The notes under the pieces are model-generated. The model ran no database searches. It was not told where the DNA came from and was given only the letters and a program-made list of their open reading frames with translations. Of a DNA stretch of 64,000 nt, positions 37,860 to 49,500 are shown piece after piece; within the stretch, counting starts at the first letter, position 1, and every line of letters starts with the position of its first letter. The stretch is from Mustelus asterias (taxonomy: Eukaryota). The translations under genes and the position numbers were made by a program. The stretch lies in NCBI RefSeq assembly GCF_964213995.1, contig NC_135808.1:12710001-12774000 (forward strand), in the 5' to 3' direction.

Positions 37860-39350
37860 TTTTTTCTCCAAAAATATATTTTATGAATGAAGTATCAGCA
37901 AGAACATTACATTCAAAACTGGTCACGCAAAGTGCAATAGCATTTAGTTCTTTACATTCAGTAACAGTCTAAGAAGGTTCGGTATAATCAAGACTTTACT
38001 AATGGTCGTCCAAATGTTGCGATGGTTATTAAAGGTTGTATACATAGAACGAGTTGCACTCCAAGGTGCTTCAGTACAAACTGAGATACATGTAATATTC
38101 ACTGCATTTAGTGAGTCATTCAGCCCAAGGGGGTTCTGCATCGTTCAATTCACTGTGGCTTAGATAGTGACCTTCCCCATTGCACCTCTGCAGCAGCTGC
38201 CCCAAGCTTTAGTGTGTCCCTCAGTACATAGTCCTGGGTTCTGGAAAAGTGCCAGTTTGAAACACGCACTCGGGACAACTTCTTATACTCCAAGGCCAAC
38301 AGGTTTTGGGCAGACCAAAGAGTGTCTTTCACCGAGTTGATGATCCTTCAGCAACATCAGATGTTTGTCTCTGCCAGGGAACAGTCCCGAGAGCACAGAG
38401 TCCTGTGTCACGGAGTTGCTCGGGACAAACCTCGACAAAAACCACTTCATCTCTCTCCAGACCTTCTTTGCAAAGGCACATTGCACAAAGAGGTGGACAA
38501 AGGCCTCTTTCCCACCAGTCACGTGCAGATGGGGTGGGATTGTGGATGTGTAGAAAGGATCTCACCACCAGCCTAGCTAGTCTTGGCGCTTGTTTGAAAG
38601 TTCTGATGAGGCATTCTGTCAGATGACTTTGACAGTCTAGTCAGGGAACCATCCGATAAAATCCACCATCTCCTTTTCCTGTAGGGCCTCTTGGATGTTA
38701 CATGCAGACACTGTGATCAAGTGTTTTTCCGCATAAGCCTTCCCATGAGGGACAAGTGGTATGGCATGGTCCAGCTATTTGGAGCGATCTGCAGGAGCAT
38801 GGCTAAACCCATTCTTCACAACACCAGGGACAGGTAGAGCACCAGTACATAATGACGGTGTTTGCGTACCGTGGATCTATACACAGCTTGATACAGCCAC
38901 ACACAAAAAGGTGGCCACCAGGGACATCCCCCCACCCCATATCTAAAGGCTTTTGCATCACGTCCCTACGAACACGCTCCATTGGTAACCCCCCCCCCCC
39001 CAAGTTGAAGCAGAAAATTGCTCGGGTGATTTTCACAGCTCAGGAGCAAGGAATGGGCCAGACCTGCACCACATACAGCAACACCAAGAGTGCCTCACAC
39101 CTAATGACCAGATTCTTACCTGCAATGGAGAGTGATCATTGCTCCCACAGACCCAGTTTTCATTATAGCTACTCCCTCCCTCCAATTTTTAATGCATGCC
39201 CCTGGTTCCCCCCAAACCACTTCCCCAGCATTCTCAGGCGACAGTGAAGGGGACTCAGGATTGGTCTACCCACTTCTCAAAGAACATGGACTTGCTCTTG
39301 TCACGATTTACCTTGGCAACCGAGGCCAGTTTGAACCAGTCACAGATGTT
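37860..39350 (-). mobile_element. Tx1-clade (L1-like) LINE, decayed 3' part
   Basis: LASVAKVNRDKS, SLSIAGKNLVIR, zf-RVT-like HLFVQCAFAKKVW; tail ataaaatatatttttggagaaaaaa. Confidence 0.85.
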
Positions 39351-40149
39351 GATTTTCATTTCACAAAAAGAATTTTATTGTGTACAACAAGTACCACGAG
39401 GAGAGGATCTACCTCTCAAATATTAAATTTTCAAAACTTCTTTCCAAAGTAACAGGAAGACAGTTGACAACAAGTGAAAATGGAATGTCAGTCACTTGGT
39501 TAAGCTTATATTTGCATGGACTGGGACAAATTTCTTACCCATATAGTACCTTTGATTTGAACAGAAATTCAAGTGTAGGAATCAAATCATCTGATCGGTC
39601 AGGCTATAAATATAGCGAACAGCCAGCATACCCCGGCTCAACATTTATATAGATTTGCAATGTCTATTGCAAAAGAAAAGCATGGCATTGCACACCACAA
39701 TTCGTGAATCAAACATCTGAATAAAGTGACATGTGTCTTTAATTTAACTGGGGTGTTTCTGTTACAAGGGGTTCCAAACTCTCATTAAACCACAGATAAA
39801 ACATAAAAGAAGCTCGCTTAAGAGAGAAAGTGAAGCACATGTAAAATAAACAGGTCACTAGCTTGCTGCTACAGAATTAATGCGTTGTTCTTTCTACAGT
39901 GTTGGAATTTGGAAGATAGTCTCCTAGCTTGTCAGCACTCACTTTAAACTGGAGTGTTGAGAAAATTGAAATTAGCAGAAAACTAAAGAAAGCTGGAGAA
40001 CATTAAACGTTTGCAAGTAAGTGTTTAAAGTGGCTGCAGATTGGAGACATTTCCAGTGAGATACCAGTTTCCAAAAAGCTAGAATATTCAAGTTGGAAAT
40101 GGAGTATGGGAGATTTAGTTAGAATCTATGAATAAGCTGTATTGCTTAA

Positions 40150-40155
40150 TTTATT
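40150..40155 (-). terminator. Polyadenylation signal (AATAAA) for cassette A
   Basis: tttatt on the + strand, downstream of the exon 6A stop. Confidence 0.5.
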
Positions 40156-40173
40156 ATAAGTTAAAGCATGTAT

Positions 40174-40293
40174 AAATGTACAAAACGGCCAATAAAAATG
40201 TACAAAATGGCCAATAAAAATGTACAAAACGGCCAGTAAAAATGTACAAAATGGCCAATAAAAATGTACAAAACGGCCAGTAAAAATGTACAA
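40174..40293 (+). repeat. 22-bp tandem repeat (aaaaatgtacaaaacggccaat), about 5.5 copies, in the predicted 3'UTR
   Basis: tgtaca at 40177, 40199, 40221, 40243, 40265 and 40287. Confidence 0.92.
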
Positions 40294-40519
40294 GGCACAG
40301 CCAGCATACCTCTGTCTGTTTCAACTTTTGACTTGCAACTTAAAATGTACAAAGATGGAAAGAGGGGCATCAAAAACCATAGCCTTCCCCCAAAATCAAA
40401 AAGCAGTTCAAAAAATTTGACCCGTGTTCTGCTCACATTGAAAGCACACAAAGGGAAACTGCATTGGCTGTGCCATGCTCACAGGTAGTCAAAATCACAA
40501 TCACAGTTTTTCATGCAAG

Positions 40520-40555
40520 TCATACTTCCAGGTCAGCACTCCTGGATTTTGGCTC
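40520..40555 (-). CDS. Exon 6A, terminal coding exon EPKSRSADLEV*
   Basis: Long pyrimidine tract then ctgtag| acceptor; phase 0; TGA at 40522-40520; AATAAA about 370 nt downstream. Confidence 0.65.
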   Translation of the reverse strand, partial: EPKSRSADLEV

Positions 40556-43500
40556 CTACAGAAAAAAAGAGAGAAAGGGGATTAAAATGTCTGCAAATGG
40601 CAGAAAAGCCTGATTTTTTTGATACAAAAATGAAGAAAAGCACAGTTCTAACAGTTGGTGACTTGCATTTGATTGTTCTTTGTACATTAGGTTTAAGGCT
40701 CCCCTCCCCCTTCAGAAAAAGCTAATGGCCAAGATATTCTTGTAAACCATGTCATCATCACCCCATCTAACAATATGCCTTTTTTATGGACTCCACAATA
40801 ATTCATGTATTTATTGCATTTTATCTCTATACATGCAGCACTTTCAGAATTGCCCCATTTGCTAAAGCTTAGGCTCATAAAAGATCATTTACTGCAATAT
40901 GATAAAGACAAATTGGTTATAAGTTTACAGCTTTCTAGTGTTGAATATTTAATCCTCTTGTCTGCCTACATGGAGGGAATTGGTTTTATTTCATTTCACT
41001 TTTAGATATTGAACGGGGCTTAACAATAAAATATTCCCCATTTAGCTATCGGTCTCTGGTAACAAACCATGACATGGATGCATTCTGACAGTACAGTAGC
41101 TAGTGGAGCAGTTCCAGTCTTACAATCTTGAAGAGCAATTTCAATTTGTTGCACACTTACAAGAACATTCATTTATAGGAAGTTTCGGAGCAACACATGT
41201 ATATCTAACTTGTCACTTGCATTTGATCAGAATACTTACAGAAATTTCATGTTGCCTTGACACCGGATAGGAGTATGGCTGACGTCCAGTTTTCCATTTT
41301 TTAATTTTGCATATCAAACCTGTTGATGGCAATATATAATGAATCATATTGAATTGATTAAGTTTATTAGTCACAACTAGGCTTACATTAACTCTGCAAT
41401 GAAGTTACTGTGAAAATTCCTTAGTCGCGACTCTGTCGCCTGTTCGGGTACACTGAGGGAGATATAGCATGGCTCATGCATCTCACCTGCACATCTTTCA
41501 GACGGTGGAAGGAAACCGGAGCAACTCTACGCAGACACAGGGAGAATGTGCAGACTCCACACAGACAGTGACCCAAGCCGGGATCGAATCCAGGTCCCCG
41601 GCGCTGTGAGGCAGCAGTGCTAACCACTGTGCTGCCCACTAGATTATCAGTCTGCAATTTCCTTCCCCCATTAAAACATTTTTCTTCCAAATTTTACCAT
41701 ACAGTGTACCAAAGTTGAACAACTTGCATGAACACCCATTTCCATATTACTGATCTGCTTATTTTGCTGCCCCTGCTGGAGAGAGGAATGTCCCAGGAAC
41801 GTTAAGCCCCTTCAAAACGTTATGGCATGGGTCCTGCAGCCACAGGAATAAGACAGCCAAAAGGAGGAAACGCAGTAAGGAAGATGCAAGGTGAACAACT
41901 GGTCACATATTAAACAAAATGTCTTCGACCTAGCAAACAAATGGATTCATTTGGGCCAGGCTGGGCTACAAGAGGAACTTCCATATCGTCTTCACTGCAT
42001 ACGTAAAATCTTGCTTCAGAAATACTAGTTATTTGTACCTGGTTAAGTCAACCACAACTGAGGACTCCAGTGTTCAGAAATTCTGAGCTTATGAGTTTGT
42101 AATTTAAAAACTTACAACTTGGAAACCCGAAAAACTTACAACCACCACTTAAAAAAGGTGCAAGAAAACCAAAACCCCTTTCTGTTGAAGACAGGTAGTG
42201 AGAGGATACATTAGTGTTGCTTAAACTAACCCCCACTCCTGTTTTTAACAATCAGTAAAACCTAGTGGATAGTCAAGGGCTAACTGCTAAAGGTACAAAA
42301 CTCTCAATATGTGCTCATGGAGTGAGTGAAGTCAAAAGTTTCAGGCAGTCACAATTTATTCCCACTTTGTAGCCATTACAACAGTTTTAAAATGAAATTC
42401 ACTGCATCGTCAATACTTACACATGATTACAAGTGCAGCGATGAATACCACCACAGTAGAAATTACAATTATTTGTACATTGTTTGCTGGTTCTGATGGC
42501 TCACATTCTTTACCTGAAATAGATTTTACATAAACACAGTTTTAATTAGCACATTAACTGAAAGACTCACTACAACACACAACCACGTTATGGAAAGTAA
42601 CTAGACATTCAGCCGTGGCATCTTGATTACATCACAACTACAAGAAATCTTTGGTTCCCAACTTGCACTGCCTGCACCATCTCCGGTACATTTGGCATCA
42701 AGACTTTGCTGTCTGAAAACAAATCTCAGCAGCAGATCTGTCTTCGTAAGACAGCAGGTTACATCAGACAATGCCATGAGAGAACTGCTTTAATCAATAC
42801 ACATGGACGCCTGGAGACCAGTGATCTAATTTCTGAAACTATGGCTGCTGCTATAAACCAGAATTGGCACACCAAAGTTGCATTCGTTGGAAACATCTGT
42901 TTACACATCTGGACATATATGCACTGTAAGTACAGTAGCACAGTGATTCGCACTGCTACGTCAGCTCCAGGGACATGGAATCAATTCCAGCCTTGGGTGA
43001 CTGCCTGTGTGGAGTGTGTACATTCTCCGTGTGTCTGCGTGTGTTTCCTCCAAGTGCTCTGGTTCCTCCCACAGTCCAAAAATGGGTAGGTTATGTGGAT
43101 TAGCGGGGTAAGTGCATGGTGTAACTGGGATAGGATGAGGGTTGGGCTCGAGTCGGAGTCAGACTCAAAAGTCCAAATGGCCTCCTTCTGCACTGTAGGG
43201 ATTCAAATGCTGTTAGCATTCTCTGTCCATTAATTTGAAGAGCATTAATGAGCAAGTCATTTGTATGTGTCACTTTGTGAACCAAGCTCTGATGATCTGA
43301 TGCTGAAAGAATCGGTGTCGTAGTTTCATTGTCTGCTCAATGGAACAAAGGACAAAGAAAATTACAGCACAGGAACAAGCCCTTCAGCCCTCCAAGCCTG
43401 TACCGACCATGCTGCCTGAATGAACTAAAACCCTATACCCATATCCCTCTATTCCCATCCTATTCATGTATTTGTCAAGACGCCCCTTAAAAGTCACTAC

Positions 43501-46500
43501 CGTATCTGCTTCCACTGCCTCTCCCAGCAACGAGTTTCAGGCACCCAGCACCCTCTGTAAAAAATCTGCCTCGTACATCTCCTTTAAACCTTACTCCTCG
43601 CACCTTAAAACTGTGCCACCTAATAATTGACTCTTCCACCCTGGGAAAAAGCTTCTGACTATCGATTCTGTCCATACCTCTCAATCTTGTATGCTTCTAT
43701 CAGGTCACCCCTCAACCTCCGTCGTTCCAGTGAGAACAAACCAAGTTTCTCCAACCTCTCCTCATAGCTAATGCCGTCCATATCAGGCAACATCCTGGTA
43801 AATCTTTTCTGTACCCTCTCCAAAGCCTCCTCATCCTTCTGGTAGTGTGGCGACCAGAATTGAACACTATATTCCAAGTGCAGCCTAACTAAGGTTCTAT
43901 CAAGCTGCAACATGACTTGCCTATTTTTAAACTCAATGCCCCGGCTGATGAAGGCAAGCATGCCGTATGCCTTCTTGACTACCATTGCCACTTTCAGTGA
44001 CCTGTGTACCTGTACACCCAGATCCCTTTGCCTATCAATACTCTCAAGGGTTCTGCCATTTACTGGTCCTCATTGCTTTCCGCAAATCCACCAACTTTTG
44101 TGTCGTCCGCAAACTTACTAACCAAACCAGTTACATTTTCCTCCAAATCATTGATACGTATTACAAGCAGCAAAGGTCCCAGCACTGATCCCTGAGGAAT
44201 GCCACTTGTCACAGCCCTCCATTCAGAAACGCACCCTTCCACTGCTACCCTCTGTCTTCTTTGACCGAGCCAGTTTTGTATCCACCTTGCCAGCTCACCT
44301 CTGATCCCATGCGACTTCACCTTCTGCACCAGTCTGCCATGAGGGACCTTGTCAAAGGCCTTACTGAAGTCCATGTAGACAACATCCACTGCCCTATCCT
44401 CATCAATCATCTTCGTCACTTCCTCAAAAAACTTGATCAAGTTCATGAGACACGACCTCCCCTTCACAAAATCATAGAATCATAGAAACCCTACAGTGCA
44501 GAAGGAGGCCATTCGGCCCATCGAGTCTGCACCGACCACAATCCCACCCAGGCCCTACCCCCACATATATATCCGCTAATCCCTCTGTTAGGAGAATAAA
44601 GAGTTAATGTCCCGATTTCAACCCTGTCAGCAAAATCTTGTATGCTGACAACTGCTACGGACAATGGAGACAGCCTGTCCACATGAAAGGATAAACATGT
44701 CAAAACATAATTAAATTAGATCCGTGCCCAAGACATAGCGTGAATGATTAACCATTAAACTTGTTTTCTTGAGCTGCGAACAATAGAACTTGTATTGCAC
44801 AAGACTGCTCTAAACATCACGTACTTGGCCGGATACCAAGAGTGACTCCTATCCAGATGTCCAGAACAAAGAGAGGCTTTTCTCTATAAATATGCGGGAA
44901 AGTCCCTATTACAGTAGAGTCTGCCGTGGGTTACGTACGGACGCCCGGCGGGAGGTAAGCCACTCTACCTGGACTGACGGCTCTCCAGTCCACGTGTCAG
45001 GGTAGTTAAACTATATAAGGCTTAGCCCATTGAATGATACTTGTAGAACTTGTCCATGTATTGTGGGGAATAAAGAGACACATTTTATTCTAGCAATACT
45101 GGTGTAGTGTGAATTCTTTCTCTCAGACCACCTCCACGAACCTGTTACCGGTCCGGCAGAACACCCTCCAACCTACACATCCCAGGACTCCAAGGGGCAA
45201 TCTTTAACCTGGCCAATCAACCTAACCAGCACATCTTTGGACCGTGGGAGGAAACCGGAGCACCCGGAGGAAACCCACGCAGACACGAGGAGAATGTGCA
45301 AACTCCACACAGACAGTGACCCGAGCCGGAAATCGAACCCGGGACCCTGGAGCTGTGAAGCAGCAGTGCTAACCACTGTGCTACCGTGCCGCCCTACTGT
45401 GCTACCGTGCCGCCCTATCATGGCGCTTCTCACTAATACGCTCATTTATTTCCAAGTGAGAATAAATCCTGTCTGTCTCGAAGAATCCTCTCCAATAATT
45501 TCCCTACCACTGATGGAAGGGGCGGGAAAGATTGGAAAGAAGCACTGCTTTTTCACAGGAGATCGTGAAGTAAATAATGCAATAAGCACCACACAACTGA
45601 TCCTGGATCACTTACAATACAAACAGTATTGCTTTAAGTGCGCAACTTACATTATAAGTACAGATATTATCTGTACTTAATTAATTGAACTATAATACAA
45701 AGGTTGATAATTGTCATTCTTCAAATGAACAGAAATTATCCAAAGCTCTGAGCACCAAAATATGCACTTTAATCTGGTGCTAAAAGGTTAATACTGATGG
45801 GACTTGTGACCAAAGAGGCCACCTAAAATGGTGATTTACAGAGTATGCTGGGATAATTGGACAAGCACCAAAACAGCAGGCTGCAGCTTAACAGACAGAG
45901 ATAAACAGGCTACAGCTCAGACGACTGAATACACAGGAAATAGGCCATCCCAAAGACAACGGACACTTTCTGGTCAAACATACTTGTTTACCAGACAAAG
46001 TGGAGCCTTAACCCCCTTATTTCGGATGATGTGGAGATGCCGGCATTGGAATGGGTTAGGCACAGTAAGAAGTCTCACAACACCAGGTTAAAGTCCAACA
46101 GGTTTATTTGGTAGCACGAGCTTTCAGAGCACTGCCCCTTCATCAGTTGAGTGAAGAGTTCAGTTCACAAACACAGCATATATAGACACAAACTCAATTA
46201 CAAGATAATGGTTGGAATGCGAGTCTTTACAGGTACAGACAATGTGAGTGGAGAGAGGGTTAAGCACAGGTTAAAGAGATGTGAATTGTCTCCAACCAGG
46301 ACAGTTAGTGAGATTTTGCAAACCCAGGCAAGTCGTGGGGGTTACAGATAGTGTGACATGAACCCAAGATCCTGGTTGAGGCTTGCAAAATCTCACGAAC
46401 TGTCCTGGTTGGAGACAACTCACATCTCTTTAACTGGTGCTTAACCCTCTCTCCACTCACATGGTCAGCATCTGTAAAGATTTGATTACCTGTAAAGACT

Positions 46501-49500
46501 CGCATTCCAACCATTATCTTGTAATTGAGTCTGTGTCTATATATGCCCTGTTTGTGAACTGAACTCTTCACTCACTTGGCAACGCCCTGAAAGTTTGTGC
46601 TACCAAATAAACCTGTTGGACTTTAACCAGGTATTGAGAGACTTCTTACTGTCCTTATTTGCGAGGGAGGTGTATGACCTACGTGCCTCCGGCACCTACA
46701 GGCATGACCGTTGGGTACACACCCAGAGATCGGTGTGGCAGCACCTAATTGGATTCTTATCGATCAGGGTGATCAAGCCCTGATCGATTGATTGACAAGA
46801 ATCAGGAGACCGCCCAAAAGGACACAAAACCAAGGAGGGATTAAAGGTGCTGCACAACAGAAGAAGCTCTCTCTCTGACCCCATGAATGAGCAACAACAA
46901 CGGTGACCATCACCAGCACGAGGAGAGCCACCACACCCAAGGAGGAAGAAAGACCAGAGCCAGAGTGTCACACCAGACCAAAGGACCAGACTACGCAGAG
47001 CACGACAGAGACCAACACGTGGATGAAGGCCAATGTCTGCCTAGGTACTTGTCAGTCACACAAAAGTTAAGTCAAGGTCTAGTACTGGACTTGAACTTTA
47101 GTATTTCTGGGTGACTATTAATTGTGTTTAAATAAATATTGTTGTACGAACAAGAAGTCTACTTGCAATTTTGTGTCCACCGTATAAGGGTTAAAACAGA
47201 CTGTGCGGAAGGCACAACAGACTGACTGCATCCTAGCCTTTCAGAACTTTGCTGTGGTGCCCATATGAGGGGGCAGGATTCTGTACCATACAAAAGGGTG
47301 GTGAGGATTATGACCCAGTAGACTTTTGATTTTGGCCTTCAGTTTAAGGCCGTTCTGCTTGCAAACATGACTGTGGAACCAGCCATAGGGAGAATTTTAT
47401 TTCTGGATACATACACTGGTATTTTCAAGAGACACATCCCTCAAGAAGCTCACTAAGGTATGAGAATTATTGCAAAATTTTAAGACTGGTGTCATCAATG
47501 GTTATGCCTGTTGTTTTATCAAATGTGCTTGGGGCTTCCACCAAACATACACAATTTAACAGCAAAAAGTCCTTCATTATGCTGATCTCAACAGCATGCA
47601 GACCACCCTGTCGAAAATTTAGCTGTTGGATTACTTTCAATTAGTTAGGTCGACTGTGCTTCCCCACATGGATGGCTATAGGATCCCCAAGCAATTCAAG
47701 AGCACTAGAATACTGACAGCTTTTGTGGACTTAACCTCTCACCCCTGAACCCTTTCTTTCTGTCCTTAGAAATAAACTAATCTCCATTCTCCCAAATAAT
47801 CCATCAGGATTCCCACAAGCAGAGGGTTGGATGACTCCTCATCAATATTCCATTGCCCACATTGGGAAGCTTTCCACACTCTGAAGTAAACAGACAGATT
47901 TTTATTTGGGTGCTGCAAGTGTGCATCACCAACCTGTGATTTTCCATCCTGCTCTTCTCTTGTCAGGCAAAGATATTCTTACATTAACACACTATGAGGG
48001 GCGTGCGCAGAGTGGATAACGAGCAGCTGTTCCCCTTAGTTGAAGGGTCAGTCACGGGGGGGGGGGGGGGGGGGGGGGTGGAGAGAAAGAGATATGAGGA
48101 AAAATTTTACTCAGAGGGTGATGACAATCTGGAATGCGCTACCTGGGAGGGTGATAAGAGACGGGTTGCCTCATATCCTTTAAAAAGTACCTGGATAAGC
48201 ACTTGGCATGTCATAACATTCAAAGCGCTGGTAGATGGGAATAGGTGGGACGTCAGGTGTTTCTCACGTGTCCGTACAGACTCAATGGACCGTATGATTC
48301 TATGATTTTAATGCACAAGAATACAATATTGAACTTAACTACGAAATGGAATGGGCTTGACTCACCGTAAACAGAAAGAGTGTTCCAATAAACAGAGGGA
48401 GAGAAAGAACAGTTCTTCCTACTAACAGGGTTCTCCATGGTGCAAGTGTAGATCACAAAGTCTAATTTGTCGGCTTTAAAAATAATCAACGTGCTGTTAC
48501 TTCGCATCAACTGATGGCGTTGACTGTTTGTTATCATTCTGCTATCCTTCCACCACAGAATGGAACTTGCTTTCCCCGCTGGCACTTGACAGGTCAGTTC
48601 AATGGTGCCATTCACACAGGTGCCATTGATTGAAGGTTCAGAAAGTGGATCTGCAAGAGAGAATAAGAAAAAGATAAAACTGGACTGACCATGAGGACTT
48701 CACTCCTTCACCTTAAGTTTGTGTAGTCCATAGAACTCTGTCCTTCACAGGTACCTCACTACATCAGTTCTGAACTGAACTTCTCATGCCATAATTCTCC
48801 AACATAAAGGCAGTCAGCAGATTAGTTGACCAAGGGCACTATGGTGGCATGGCAGTTAGCACTGCTGCCTCACAGTGCCAGAGACCTGGGTTCGACTCCT
48901 GGCTTGGGTCACTGGCTGTGTGGAATCTACACGTTCACCTTGTGTCTGCGTGGGTTTCCTCCCACAGTCCGAAAGATGTGCTGGTTAGATGCATTGGCCA
49001 TACGAAATTAACATAAGAACTAGGAGCAGGAGTAGGCCATTTGGCCCCTCAAGCCTGCTCTGCCATTCAACAAGATCATGGCTGGTCTTTTTGTTGACTC
49101 AGCTCCATTTACCCACCCGCTAACCATAACCCTTAATTCCTTCACTGTTCAAAAATCTCTCTTTGCCTTAAAAACATTCAATGAGGTAGCCTCAACTGCT
49201 TCACTGGGCAGGGAATTCCACAGATTCACCACCGTGTGTGTGAAGGAATTCCTCCTCATCTCAGTCCTAAATCTATTCCCCCTTGTTTTGAGGCCATGCA
49301 CCCCAGTTCTGGTTTCACCTGCCAGTGGAAACAAGCTCCCTGCTTCTATCTTATCTATTCTCTTCATAATTTTATATGTTTCTATCAGATTTCCCCCCCT
49401 CAGTCTTCTAAATTTCAATGAGTATAGTCCCAGCTACTCAGTCTCTCTTCGTAAGCCAACCTCAACTCCAGGATCAACCTAGTGAATCTCCTCCGCACCC

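Noticed and set aside
41240-41319. ITIM/ITSM in the cytoplasmic tail (QPYSYPV)
   Set aside because: Neither Tyr fits (I/V/L/S)xYxx(L/V) or TxYxx(V/I)
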